Notes under the pieces: model-generated
The model's database searches: none
Told to the model about the DNA's origin: nothing
What the model saw: only the letters and a program-made list of their open reading frames with translations
Virus record (IMG/VR): IMGVR_UViG_3300019132_000012
Coordinates: 1 to 64,000 of that record
Source of the DNA: a virus
Length of the DNA stretch: 64,000 nt
Strand: one strand, 5' to 3'
Translations under genes and position numbers: made by a program
Shown: positions 17,599 through 26,208 of the stretch, in pieces
How the letters are laid out: the number at the start of each line of letters is the position of its first letter
Numbering within the stretch: the stretch's first letter is position 1

Positions 17599-18137
17599 GC
17601 CTTCAGAATGTTCATGAACAACTCACCCTGCTCGATGGCGTCATCGAGAGCGATGTGCGTGTGCGGCTTCTCGGGGAACCATGACTTCGGCATGTTGCGC
17701 TTGGTCGTGTGCCGGAACTTCGTGCCGAGCTTCGCCATCGCATACGACTTGATGTCGAGAGCCGAGAACGAGAATGGCGAGCGACCGACAAACTTGATCA
17801 GGTACCAGTACATGAAGGTGAAATCGAAGCCTGCCGGATAAGCCACAAACACCGGAGTCCCAGGCAGGACCGCGACCCACCGCACGAAGTCGAGCATCGC
17901 TTTTTCAGGAGCAACGGTACCGACCCGCGTTGCGTCGTAGGCGGCCTGGTTCTTCTTCCAGAACTCTTCTGTCTCGGGGTGCATGCTTGCCTCTGGAAGG
18001 GTGTCCAGGTTCTGAGAATGAACGCCGATCAGATGTCCGTCCTCACGGAAGGCGGCAGCTCCGAACGAAAGCATCGAGTGGGGACCAGGAATCGGCCCGT
18101 CTGTCTCAATGTCCACGCTGATGTAAATCTCTTGCAT
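17595..18137 (-). CDS. Second DEDDh-family exonuclease
   Basis: ISVDIETDGP, VAYPAGFDF, HIALDDAIEQG. Confidence 0.7.
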   Translation of the reverse strand: MQEIYISVDIETDGPIPGPHSMLSFGAAAFREDGHLIGVHSQNLDTLPEASMHPETEEFWKKNQAAYDATRVGTVAPEKAMLDFVRWVAVLPGTPVFVAYPAGFDFTFMYWYLIKFVGRSPFSFSALDIKSYAMAKLGTKFRHTTKRNMPKSWFPEKPHTHIALDDAIEQGELFMNILKA

Positions 18138-18138
18138 G

Positions 18139-18372
18139 TCAGCCTCGCGTGTCAGGGTTGATGCCTTGGGCCTTGAGAAAGACCCGCGCGTTCTCCTCGC
18201 GCTTGTCGAGAAGAGCCTCCATGGCCGCGATCACTGCGAGCCTGGCCTTTTCCCGCTCGACGGGCGAGCCGACCATCAGGGCGGCCTCGAACTCCTTGAC
18301 GGTGCCGTCCAGAAATGACTGGGCGGCAGCGACGCGGAACTGGCTCCGTGTCAGTTCTTCCTGAATGTTCAT
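18139..18372 (-). CDS. Hypothetical protein (77 aa)
   Basis: Internal start MNIQEELTRSQ, coupled to the upstream gene. Confidence 0.5.
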   Translation of the reverse strand: MNIQEELTRSQFRVAAAQSFLDGTVKEFEAALMVGSPVEREKARLAVIAAMEALLDKREENARVFLKAQGINPDTRG

Positions 18373-18959
18373 GGGATGGGCACCTCCTGAAATGAGAGCC
18401 ATTCTCCCGGCACGATCCCGCAATCCTTGCGCAGGCCGGAGAGGATGTAGCCGGTGACCCGCGTCCTGATCTCGTAGATCGTGCGCCGGTCGCGCTTGTT
18501 CTTGTTCGGGTGATAGATGCGATGCACCGCTTCCGTATCGCCGCCCCTGGCGAGGGCAATGGCGGCCTTCACCAGCCGTTGGCTGTTGCGGGTGCCGTTG
18601 CACCAGCGCAGCCACTCCAACACGCCCAGAGCCCGCTCCAGGTCGTTGCGTTGCGGCGCGTATTTGGCCGTGCCGTCGTAGGGCTTCATCGCCGAGAGCG
18701 TGCGGAGCTTCTCGATCTCCTTCAGCTCCTGCGGCGTGAGGCCGACCATGTTCCAGCCGCCCGACCTCGTGCCGGAGGTCAGCCAGCGCTTTTCCTGATC
18801 CGGGGTGCGGTCGAGCAGATCGACCGCCTCGACGAGAAGCGACCAGATCACATCGCTGTGTCTGGCCTGCTCCTTCTTCAGCTCCCAGGCCAGCCCAGCG
18901 CCATGGCCGAGCCAGCCCAGAAACCTGTCCCGGTCCTCACGCGAGAACTGCGACGCCAT
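18369..18959 (-). CDS. Hypothetical protein (196 aa), possible regulator
   Basis: ORF with normal composition. The C-terminal RTIYEIRTRVTGYILSGL may be an HTH (weak). Confidence 0.55.
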   Translation of the reverse strand: MASQFSREDRDRFLGWLGHGAGLAWELKKEQARHSDVIWSLLVEAVDLLDRTPDQEKRWLTSGTRSGGWNMVGLTPQELKEIEKLRTLSAMKPYDGTAKYAPQRNDLERALGVLEWLRWCNGTRNSQRLVKAAIALARGGDTEAVHRIYHPNKNKRDRRTIYEIRTRVTGYILSGLRKDCGIVPGEWLSFQEVPIP

Positions 18960-19290
18960 GCCTTGTCCTTACTGTTCGGGGTTCGTGGTCGGACACCATC
19001 CGGGTCCGTGTCGCCCGGTACTCGTAGCGACCCTCACCCAGCCGCTTCTGGGTGAGAGCCACGTCCTTGCGTCGCGCATCGGACTTGATACGGTCGGCGA
19101 GGAAGCCGAGAGCACCGATCTGCTTGCGGCGCACCTCCTGGCTCGGATCGTGATCGTCGAACGTTTCCTGCCGGTCGTTCTGCAGATCACCGACCCAGTA
19201 GACCAGGACGTCGCCGTGCCTGGCCCTCTTGAGCCAATCCTCGTATTCCAGGAGGGCGCCTGGTCCCACGTCGAGATCGGTTCTCTTCAT
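18937..19290 (-). CDS. Hypothetical protein (117 aa)
   Basis: ORF; 23-nt overlap with the next gene. Confidence 0.5.
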   Translation of the reverse strand: MKRTDLDVGPGALLEYEDWLKRARHGDVLVYWVGDLQNDRQETFDDHDPSQEVRRKQIGALGFLADRIKSDARRKDVALTQKRLGEGRYEYRATRTRMVSDHEPRTVRTRHGVAVLA

Positions 19291-19293
19291 GGA

Positions 19294-19719
19294 TCAGGCG
19301 ATCCCCTCAAAGTCCTTGAGGTTGCGGACCAGCTCGATGGTCTGCTGTTGGTAGGTGAGGGTGGCTTCGGTCAGGCGTTCGAGGAGGGCGCCGACATTGG
19401 CGACGGTGATGTTCTGGACCTTCAGAACTTCCATGTGCTGCGCCCGCTGGATCTCTTCGTCGCTCGGGCCGAGGTTGGCGAAGATGCCACTGAAGAGCGT
19501 TTCGAGCGCATCGCCGTCCTTCACATCATCGCCGAAGAGCCGGAGGCCTTCGCCGCCATTCTCGATGCACTGATCGAGCGGGAGGCCACAGTCGCAGGTA
19601 GCCTCCTCGCCGCCGAGCATCGTGCCGATGGCGTTGCCCTCGACAGCCTGTCTCGCGCCCTCGTCGGACACCGGCTTCGTCTCGAACTCGATGCCCATGT
19701 AGCTACCCTTGTTGTCCAT
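19294..19719 (-). CDS. Hypothetical acidic protein (141 aa)
   Basis: ORF directly downstream of a motif copy. Confidence 0.55.
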   Translation of the reverse strand: MDNKGSYMGIEFETKPVSDEGARQAVEGNAIGTMLGGEEATCDCGLPLDQCIENGGEGLRLFGDDVKDGDALETLFSGIFANLGPSDEEIQRAQHMEVLKVQNITVANVGALLERLTEATLTYQQQTIELVRNLKDFEGIA

Positions 19720-19736
19720 GATGTTCTCTCTTTCGG

Positions 19737-19755
19737 TTTGAATTCATGCAAATGG
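19737..19755 (-). promoter_or_regulatory. Motif copy
   Basis: tttgaattcatgcaaatgg; gene sense CCATTTGCATGAATTCAAA. Confidence 0.45.
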
Positions 19756-19820
19756 GTGATGAAATGAAAGGGGAGGATGCCGTACCCACTCTCGGCACCC
19801 TCCCAGGACATTCCGTTACA

Positions 19821-20366
19821 CTAGAACGGAATATCGTCGTCGAAATCGTTGCTGCGCGACGGGGCGGGGCGGCGGTCCATCGGCGACGAGCGGCCGAACT
19901 CGCGGTCGCCGCGCCCCCGGTCGTCGTCGTCCCGGCCGCGTCCGCTGTCTCGGCTGGAGCCGGAGGAACGGCGGCGCTCGCCGCGATCCTCGTCCTCGTC
20001 GTCACGTCCCCCGCCACGGCTGTCGAGGATCGTCAGCTCGCCCCGGAAGTTCTGCAGGACCACCTCGGTGGTGTACTTCTCGACGCCCTGCTGGTCGGTC
20101 CACTTGCGGGTCTGCAGCTGGCCCTCGATGTAGACCTTCGAGCCCTTCTTGAGGTACTGCTCGGCGACATTCGCCAGGTTCTCGTTGAAGATCACCACCG
20201 AGTGCCACTCGGTCTTCTCCTGGCGCTCGCCGGAGCGCTTGTCCTTCCACGTCTCGCTGGTCGCGATGCGGAGGTTGACGACGGGCTTGCCGTCGTTGAG
20301 GCGGCGCACCTCGGGATCGCGCCCGAGATTGCCCACCAGAATTACCTTATTCACTGAGCCTGCCAC
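19821..20366 (-). CDS. ssb: Single-stranded DNA-binding protein
   Basis: [17 protein letters not shown]...TEWHSVVIF...[10 protein letters not shown] is an OB fold. Gly/Arg/Asp-rich linker and acidic tail [11 protein letters not shown] start 6 nt after AAGGAG. Confidence 0.9.
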   Translation of the reverse strand: MAGSVNKVILVGNLGRDPEVRRLNDGKPVVNLRIATSETWKDKRSGERQEKTEWHSVVIFNENLANVAEQYLKKGSKVYIEGQLQTRKWTDQQGVEKYTTEVVLQNFRGELTILDSRGGGRDDEDEDRGERRRSSGSSRDSGRGRDDDDRGRGDREFGRSSPMDRRPAPSRSNDFDDDIPF

Positions 20367-20380
20367 GCGGGTCTCCTTTT

Positions 20381-20422
20381 CATTTGCAGTTCCATAGCAC
20401 ATCCGTTTGCATTCAAGCAAGC
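20381..20422 (-). promoter_or_regulatory. Motif cluster upstream of ssb
   Basis: catttgcag...gtttgcattcaagcaagc. Confidence 0.45.
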
Positions 20423-20428
20423 GGCATT

Positions 20429-21997
20429 TTAGAAAGCCAGCGGCTTGAAGAGCTGGGTGACGGGATCGAAATCCAGCTCGCATTCCCCGACCTGTCCGGC
20501 GATCCCCTTGAGCCGGATCTTGGGAATCCTGATCGTGCGTCTCGTCTGGGTCGGATCGTCGGTATGGACCACGAAGCCGAGGTCCGCCTTGTTCGCCCAG
20601 TGCGCCGAGTCCGAGATGTCGTACAGACCCGGCGTCGCCCCGCTCTGCATTTTGGTCGGGTGAGCGATCACCGCCGTCATGCAGTCGAACGACTTACCGA
20701 AGCGCTTGATCTTGCGGATCGCGTCGCCCGTGTACTGGGTCAGCGACGTGTTCGATCCGACCTTGTGCTCCAGCTCGTTCCAGGGATCGATCAGGAGCAT
20801 CTTCGTGCCGTACCGGAAGACCGAGGCGGCGGCAGTGTCGAGGAGGTAGTCGAGATCGATGTCCTCGCCGTCATCGAGCCGGGGATCGTGGTCGATGAAG
20901 GTGAAGTACCGCTCGACGAAGGCCTGCGCCCGCATGCGGTCCTCGTAGGACCAGTCCTTCCGGGCCTTGCCGAGGAACGCCGTCATCAGCTCGATCATCA
21001 GGAAGGGCTTGACCTGCTTCTCGCCGGAGAAGATCGCGATGGGCCACTTGTGGATCTTGGCCATGTTGACGGCGATCTGGTTGATGAGCGTCGACTTACC
21101 GGCATTGGGCACGCCGGTCCCGACCAGGAACGCCCCGGTATAGAACTTGATCAGCTCATCGAGCTGCGGCGCGATGCCGAGTTCGTGCATCACCGGCATC
21201 TCCTGATCGGGATAGTCGGAGAGCTTGAACAGGCCCTTCACCGGCCACGGCTTGGTGTTCTCCAGGATCTCGCGGACCTTGTCCGGCCCGAAATAGAGCA
21301 GGACTTCGTTGAGATCCTTCACCGGCCGCATGGGCTGCGACTTCATCGTCTTCTTGTCCTTGTTCGGGACAACCGGATCGTCGGGATAGACGACGAAGCG
21401 GCAACGGGCGGGACCGATGCGTCTGACCAGTTCTTTGGCCATGCGGCGACCGGAATCGTCGTTGTCGAGCGCCATCACATGGGTCTTCACCCGCATGATC
21501 TGCTGCATGAGCATGCCCATGAACAGGAACTTGTCGTCGTCCTCGGGATCGATGTCGTCAGTGCCGTAAGGCACCTCGATCAACCGCCCCTTGGCGTCGC
21601 GTCCCGGCATGGCGCCGTCCGGCACCGAGACCGTGTGCGGATAACCGGCCTCAATCGCCGTCCAGCAATCGAACTCGCCCTCGGTCCAGATCAGGAACGC
21701 CGCATCGGTCTCCAGCTCGGTGAGCATGTCCTCGTCGAGCAGGACATTGGCGTTGTAGACGGTCTTCTTGCCGTCCTTGACCTGGCTGAACTTCTTGACA
21801 CCGTCCTCCGACCAGCGGTGCTTGGTGTTGACCTCCTCGTCGTATTCGTAGAACGGGAAGCACAGGATGTTGCCGCTCGGATCAGGGGCGACGGATCCAT
21901 CGCGCAAGCGCTTGCCGCTGTAGGCTCCCATACGGGTTGCTGTCTCGACGCTCAGGCCTCTTGCCTCGATTCCCCGGATATGACGCTCGTTTATCAT
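20429..21997 (-). CDS. TOPRIM primase / DnaB-like (RecA-fold) helicase fusion, T7 gp4-like, lacking its own zinc finger
   Basis: TOPRIM-like [11 protein letters not shown] ... [14 protein letters not shown], then Walker [12 protein letters not shown] and Walker B-like LLIDPWNEL. Confidence 0.8.
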   Translation of the reverse strand: MINERHIRGIEARGLSVETATRMGAYSGKRLRDGSVAPDPSGNILCFPFYEYDEEVNTKHRWSEDGVKKFSQVKDGKKTVYNANVLLDEDMLTELETDAAFLIWTEGEFDCWTAIEAGYPHTVSVPDGAMPGRDAKGRLIEVPYGTDDIDPEDDDKFLFMGMLMQQIMRVKTHVMALDNDDSGRRMAKELVRRIGPARCRFVVYPDDPVVPNKDKKTMKSQPMRPVKDLNEVLLYFGPDKVREILENTKPWPVKGLFKLSDYPDQEMPVMHELGIAPQLDELIKFYTGAFLVGTGVPNAGKSTLINQIAVNMAKIHKWPIAIFSGEKQVKPFLMIELMTAFLGKARKDWSYEDRMRAQAFVERYFTFIDHDPRLDDGEDIDLDYLLDTAAASVFRYGTKMLLIDPWNELEHKVGSNTSLTQYTGDAIRKIKRFGKSFDCMTAVIAHPTKMQSGATPGLYDISDSAHWANKADLGFVVHTDDPTQTRRTIRIPKIRLKGIAGQVGECELDFDPVTQLFKPLAF

Positions 21998-22211
21998 CGA
22001 TCAGATAGTCCTTCTCGCCACAGTGATGACACTGGTACACGCAACCGGCATCATCGATTTTCACGCTGAGACACTTGAGTTTTTGATGGGCTTTCTTGCG
22101 CCTGTGCGAGCAGAACGGGCAGATCGTGTACTGATTTCCCGCCCTGAGCGACCGGATCCTGATGCCCTTGCTGGCCAGCCATCCGGCGATGTCCAGCTTC
22201 TTCTCGCTCAA
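21882..22211 (-). CDS. Primase-type zinc-ribbon protein, out of frame with and overlapping the TOPRIM-helicase gene
   Basis: CPFCSHRRKKAHQKLKCLSV...YQCHHCGEKD. TTG start with TTGA coupling after GAGGAGGA. The last 35 aa or so are Arg-rich and overlap the next gene by 116 nt. Confidence 0.6.
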   Translation of the reverse strand: MSEKKLDIAGWLASKGIRIRSLRAGNQYTICPFCSHRRKKAHQKLKCLSVKIDDAGCVYQCHHCGEKDYLIDDKRASYPGNRGKRPERRDSNPYGSLQRQALARWIRRP

Positions 22212-22972
22212 ATCGCCATCCTCCTCACTTGCGCGGCGGGTTTCTTGGGTTCGTTTCCGGCGATGGGCTCGTCGAGCCAGCGTGCCTGGTTGAGCCAGGT
22301 GGCGGGATTGCACCACGGCCGGTCGTCGGTCTTGTTGCAGTAGCTCTTCAGTCCGGCCATGAGTGTCTCGAAATCGACCTTCTTCGACTTCATCACCCGC
22401 ACGAAGGAGGCCTGGGCCGCGCCCTTGCCGACTTTCTGCGGATAGGTCTTCCAGAACAGCTCGAACGCCTCCGACACCGAAGTGGGGGAAGGCGAAGCGG
22501 CGTGCGCCTCGCGCACCCGCGTTTCTCCCTCTGGAGATTCTACTGATGGTTCTACTGATAGGTTAGGCGGCACGTCGTGCCGCTGGTTTTGGAACGACGT
22601 GCCGCTGGCTCTGGAACCAGGTGCCGCTGGCTCGGAAACAGATTCCTCTGGTCCACCGGAACGTCGTGCCGCTGGTTCATCGTCAGCGGAACGGTATGCC
22701 GCTGGACGCATGATCAGCCGGATCAGATCGGTCTTGTAGGTCTGCTTGTCGCCGCGTCGACCTTGCCGGTCGATGATGCCCATGTCCTCCAGGGTGGCGA
22801 GGGCGTTGCGGACGGCGCGTTCGGACAGTTCGGTGTCGTCGGCCAGACGCTTCTGCGAGGGCCAGGCCAGGCCTTCTTCGTCGGCGTAGTTGGCGATGGC
22901 GTACAGGACGGCTTTGAGGGTGGACGAGCCGGTCTTGATGCCTCTCGCCCAATGCATGGCAGAGTAGCTCAT
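22208..22972 (-). CDS. Replication initiator / replisome organiser with N-terminal winged-HTH
   Basis: LKAVLYAIANYADEEGLAWPSQKRLADDTELSERAVRNALATLEDMGII is an HTH_36-like domain. C-terminal FELFWKTYPQKVGKGAAQASF is a module common in phage replication proteins. It contains iterons internally. Confidence 0.7.
   Translation of the reverse strand: MSYSAMHWARGIKTGSSTLKAVLYAIANYADEEGLAWPSQKRLADDTELSERAVRNALATLEDMGIIDRQGRRGDKQTYKTDLIRLIMRPAAYRSADDEPAARRSGGPEESVSEPAAPGSRASGTSFQNQRHDVPPNLSVEPSVESPEGETRVREAHAASPSPTSVSEAFELFWKTYPQKVGKGAAQASFVRVMKSKKVDFETLMAGLKSYCNKTDDRPWCNPATWLNQARWLDEPIAGNEPKKPAAQVRRMAI
22567..22704. repeat. Five iterons (consensus about GGAACGnCGTGCCGCTGG): putative origin of replication inside the initiator gene
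   Basis: cacgtcgtgccgctgg, ggaacgacgtgccgctgg, ggaaccaggtgccgctgg, ggaacgtcgtgccgctgg, ggaacggtatgccgctgg, at about 22-24 or 44 bp spacing. Confidence 0.7.
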
Positions 22973-23015
22973 TTCAGGTTCCTGCGGGTGGCGGGATTTC
23001 GAGGGGGGGTGGACA

Positions 23016-23035
23016 TTAGCTTGAATTCAAGCTAA
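23016..23035. promoter_or_regulatory. Perfect 20-bp palindrome in the divergent intergenic region (motif family)
   Basis: TTAGCTTGAATTCAAGCTAA, between the replication operon (-) and ruvC (+). Confidence 0.55.
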
Positions 23036-23086
23036 GAGTCAACCAACTAGATCTAGGGCCCCGGAGGGCCGGGAGACACAAGACGC

Positions 23087-23659
23087 ATGAGACGAATCCT
23101 CGTCGCTGGAATCGATCCGGCCTTTGCGAACTTCGGCATCGCCAGGATGTGGCTGGATCTCGACACCCTGGAGCTTGACCTTGAGGCGCTGCAGCTGATC
23201 CAGACCGAGAAGACCGAGCTGAAGCAGACCCGCGTGTCCTCGGACGACCTGCGGCGGGCCCAGGAGCTGCATGGCGGATTCATCTACGGGTTGCGCGAAT
23301 GCGTGGTCTGCTTCGCCGAGATCCCGTCCGGCGCCAAGGACGCCAAGGCGGCACGGCTGCTCGGGATGGCGACCGGCGTGCTCGCCGCGTGCCCGATCCC
23401 GATCATCGAGGTGCAGCCGGTCGAGACCAAGCTGGCGAGCGTCGGCACCAAGACCGCCACGAAGACCGAGATGATCGAGTGGGCGGTCGGGAAATATCCC
23501 GAGGGGGACTGGCTGCGGCTCAACAACAAGCCGGGAGGGCGCCTGCTCAAGGACAACGAGCACCTGGCCGACGCCATCGGCGTGGTCCATGCGGGGATTC
23601 GCACCCCCGACTTCAAGCGTTTGCTTGCACTGTGGCACTCGGCGCCGGTCCCGTCCTGA
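23087..23659 (+). CDS. ruvC: RuvC-like Holliday junction resolvase
   Basis: ILVAGIDPAFANFGIA (first catalytic Asp), FAEIPSG, EHLADAIGVVHAG (C-terminal catalytic Asp). Confidence 0.75.
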   Translation: MRRILVAGIDPAFANFGIARMWLDLDTLELDLEALQLIQTEKTELKQTRVSSDDLRRAQELHGGFIYGLRECVVCFAEIPSGAKDAKAARLLGMATGVLAACPIPIIEVQPVETKLASVGTKTATKTEMIEWAVGKYPEGDWLRLNNKPGGRLLKDNEHLADAIGVVHAGIRTPDFKRLLALWHSAPVPS

Positions 23660-23768
23660 AGGATTGCGGTGTTGAATCCTTGCCACGCGGACAAGGATTC
23701 GTTGACCATTTCGGATTATTTCGTCATCCGATTTGCGTAGTTTCAAGCGCAAGAGCGAACAGACCTGA

Positions 23769-24110
23769 CTAGGTCGGCTGGATCCGGTCGACCACAGGGC
23801 TCCAGTATTCCTTGTACATCGGGATGGCTAGATCTCGATTGATCCGGTGGCGCCGGAAGAGAATTTCAACAGCGGCCAAAGCAGAGTTACAATAAATCAC
23901 AGCAAGACTCTCATCATCGCCGATGATCTGGTCGAGGTTGTTCAGAATGTCCGACGTGACCGACTCGGCGTTTCTGTGAGCATGGCTCTGATGTTCTTGG
24001 TTCATGACGCTTTCTGCTTTCATCTGACTGATACTCTCCGAGTTTGGCGATAGACCCAAAGTCCTATCGACCATAACCCAATGAGAACAAAAAGAGAACG
24101 GTTTTTCCAT
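23769..24110 (-). CDS. Hypothetical protein, low GC (start uncertain)
   Basis: AT-rich ORF divergent from the repressor. Alternative starts at MKAESV and MNQEHQ. Confidence 0.4.
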   Translation of the reverse strand: MEKPFSFCSHWVMVDRTLGLSPNSESISQMKAESVMNQEHQSHAHRNAESVTSDILNNLDQIIGDDESLAVIYCNSALAAVEILFRRHRINRDLAIPMYKEYWSPVVDRIQPT

Positions 24111-24233
24111 TTGCAATCGCGCAAAAACTGAATTAGTTGTGGTCAAGTTATCGGAACGGAACAAAATCCGGTTCGCCCTGGGAACTCGTTTGTATTTGCA
24201 TGGTTATGATGACGGTTAGTGCAAACGCAAATT
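24111..24233. promoter_or_regulatory. Immunity-region operator/promoter cluster (three motif-like sites)
   Basis: ttgcaatcgcgcaa (TTGC-N6-GCAA), tatttgcatgg and gtgcaaacgcaaatt, between divergent genes. Confidence 0.5.
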
Positions 24234-24315
24234 CGGCAATCTCGTACCCCTGTGGCCGTCCAGCGAGACCGCAGGCAGGACGATTATGCCAAGTGCTCAA
24301 GGGAATGGAGGAGTT

Positions 24316-25050
24316 ATGCTTACAATGATCGAACAAAAGGGCCGGGAGGCATCAGTGACGGAAAGTCCTCGTGATGTAGTTGTTGAGTGGCTGCAGCACA
24401 TTATGAAGGTAAAGGACTGGACCGGAACAGATATTGCTCGAAAGTCAGATCTAGCGCCGTCGACTGTTCTACGAATACTGAACGATCCGCAACACAAGTT
24501 CGTTCCGGCTCTGAAGACACTTCAGAAAATTGCCACGGGTACCGGCTACCCGATCCCCCGCAAGGTCACCGACGCGCTTGGAGCACCGAGCATCTCGACC
24601 GGGGAGGGTAAGGAATTCGCAGGACGCACCTTGGCTCGGGAAATCTCACCCCCACCAGCCGCGCCACGCCGGAGCCCGATGGTCGAAGTCAAGCATGTGT
24701 CATCGCTGCCGTCGTCGCTGCAGCCCATCGACAAGCGGGAGATCCATGTCGCCGCGCTGCCGCATTGGGAAGGCGACGACACCGCGTTTGCCTTCTACAT
24801 GCCGGATAATGCGCTGGATCCGTGGGCACCGGCCGGTACCCTGATGTACGCCACCAAGCGCCGCGATCCGGTCGGCGGCGACTGGGTGCTGGTGATCGAC
24901 CAGGCCGGGAAGTCACGGGTGCGCTTGTTGCTGAGCATCGATGAGAAGGGCCTGTCTCTCTCGAAGAGCCATCCGGCAACCGAAGACGAGAAGATGACCT
25001 TCGATGAGATCAAGGAACTGGCCATCGTCGGCGCTGTCATGCGAATCTAA
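24316..25050 (+). CDS. CI-like repressor: N-terminal XRE HTH plus C-terminal S24/LexA-like domain without the Ser/Lys dyad
   Basis: WTGTDIARKSDLAPSTVLRILN is the HTH. The C-terminal FAFYMPDNALDPWAPAGTLMYATKRRDPVGGDWVLV aligns to V-GDSM-P..GD.v.v with Ser replaced by Ala, and the Lys position reads SRVRLL. ATG follows GGAGGAG. Confidence 0.75.
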   Translation: MLTMIEQKGREASVTESPRDVVVEWLQHIMKVKDWTGTDIARKSDLAPSTVLRILNDPQHKFVPALKTLQKIATGTGYPIPRKVTDALGAPSISTGEGKEFAGRTLAREISPPPAAPRRSPMVEVKHVSSLPSSLQPIDKREIHVAALPHWEGDDTAFAFYMPDNALDPWAPAGTLMYATKRRDPVGGDWVLVIDQAGKSRVRLLLSIDEKGLSLSKSHPATEDEKMTFDEIKELAIVGAVMRI

Positions 25051-25068
25051 GTGCACCAGAGCCGCCTG

Positions 25069-25103
25069 AGCCCGCAGTCCTCATCGGCTGCGGGCTTTTT
25101 GTC
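25069..25103 (+). terminator. Rho-independent terminator
   Basis: agcccgcag-tcctcatcgg-ctgcgggct followed by ttttt. Confidence 0.75.
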
Positions 25104-25132
25104 GTCCGCAATAACTAGAAAAGGTTTGAGTG

Positions 25133-25540
25133 ATGGCTCAGCGAGTTGAGCGCGGAGTGCCTGTTGTGCCGATCCGCAACCTGTCACGGTTGCCGAATAA
25201 CCTCTCAGCCCAGACCGAGGCCACGACACGGTGCCCCTTCCCACTGATCGACGACGAGACAGCCTTCGCCTTCTACATCCCCGAGGAATATGTCGGATTG
25301 CACAAGGACGCCCTGGCCTTCGCCAGCCAGCGACGGGATCCGATCCCCAACGACCTGGTGCTGTTCGAGCTGAAGGATGGCGAGCGCAGGTTCCGATGCG
25401 TCTATGAGGTAAAGAGTGATGGGTATGTCACGATAAGACCTTTGAAGTTTCCTTTGAAATCAGCGAAGATCGAGAAAGAAACCATCAAGTTTCATGAGAT
25501 TGACCAGATGAGTGTGGTCATGCTGGTCGTAAAGACCTGA
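25133..25540 (+). CDS. Stand-alone paralogue of the repressor C-terminal (S24-like) domain, no HTH
   Basis: DDETAFAFYIPEEYVGLHKDALAFASQRRDPIPNDLVLF aligns with DDTAFAFYMPDNALDPWAPAGTLMYATKRRDPVGGDWVLV of the repressor. Lower GC. Confidence 0.65.
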   Translation: MAQRVERGVPVVPIRNLSRLPNNLSAQTEATTRCPFPLIDDETAFAFYIPEEYVGLHKDALAFASQRRDPIPNDLVLFELKDGERRFRCVYEVKSDGYVTIRPLKFPLKSAKIEKETIKFHEIDQMSVVMLVVKT

Positions 25541-25628
25541 CGGTCTATCCTCGATCTTCTGTCTCGCTCCAGGGACACCTTCGTCAGAAGATGCCTTTGG
25601 CCCCTGTCTTCTGTTGTTATCATTCCAC

Positions 25629-26168
25629 TTACGCTGCTTTCTTGTTGAAGTAATCATCGACGAGAGCCTTAGCCTTTGCAAAGAGCGCGGTGTTGCCATC
25701 CGCCAGGAGGGGCAGCAGATCGCGTTTCTCCCGCATGTAGACCACCGCGAAGTCGGGGTCGTGCAGCGTGATCGAGCCGGTGTTGCTGATCAGGTCGGCC
25801 AGCTTGATCGTCTGACCGGCCGCTGAGGCTTTGGCCAGGTGCTCCCGGTCGATGGCCTTGCGGGTGGCGCGGTTGCCGTCCTCGGGCCTCGACGGGTCCG
25901 TTACCTCGTCGACGAGCTGGGCGACACGGTCGCCGAAGACCAGGCGGATATGGCTATTCTCGATGGCCGCGTTGTCTTCGACCGTATCGTGCAGCCAGGC
26001 CGCCGCGAGGATCGCCTCATCGGTGACGCCTGCATCCTTCAGGATCCCGACCACGGGGGCCGGATGGCAGATGTACGGCTCGGCCGTGTACTTTCTGGCC
26101 TGGCCTGCATGAGCCGCCGTGGCGAAGGCGAAGGCGGCCCGTTCGAGTTCAGAGTGAGTCAGGTGCAT
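25629..26168 (-). CDS. SpoT/RelA-type HD-domain hydrolase (small alarmone hydrolase-like)
   Basis: AHAGQARKYTAEPYICHPAPVVGIL...AAAWLHDTVEDN matches the (p)ppGpp hydrolase HD motif. Start taken at MHLTHSE after GGAGG. Confidence 0.75.
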   Translation of the reverse strand: MHLTHSELERAAFAFATAAHAGQARKYTAEPYICHPAPVVGILKDAGVTDEAILAAAWLHDTVEDNAAIENSHIRLVFGDRVAQLVDEVTDPSRPEDGNRATRKAIDREHLAKASAAGQTIKLADLISNTGSITLHDPDFAVVYMREKRDLLPLLADGNTALFAKAKALVDDYFNKKAA

Positions 26169-26177
26169 GGTACCTCC

Positions 26178-26208
26178 ATTTGCATTCATGCAAATTTTGC
26201 GCTACATG
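26178..26208. promoter_or_regulatory. Inverted octamer ATTTGCAT-TC-ATGCAAAT overlapping candidate promoter TTGCAT-N17-TACATG
   Basis: Sits between the divergent HD hydrolase and T5orf172 genes. The -10-like hexamer ends 6 nt before the ATG at 26215. Confidence 0.5.

Noticed and set aside
20384-22069. 561-aa plus-strand ORF opposite the primase-helicase. Similar antisense giants at 35628..37067, 39034..40497, 44579..46537, 47625..49490 and 63088..63744.
   Set aside because: Same reasoning. The opposite strand carries recognisable domains or better composition and operon logic, and these ORFs have no motifs and no RBS context.
22567-22704. CRISPR-like array
   Set aside because: The repeats are 18 bp, imperfect, at 22-44 bp spacing and inside a coding region next to replication genes. 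They fit iterons, not CRISPR. No cas genes or longer arrays are seen anywhere in the window.
23039-23752. 237-aa minus-strand ORF opposite ruvC
   Set aside because: The plus-strand product has RuvC catalytic motifs. The minus-strand translation is low-complexity Arg/Gly/Leu/Pro sequence.
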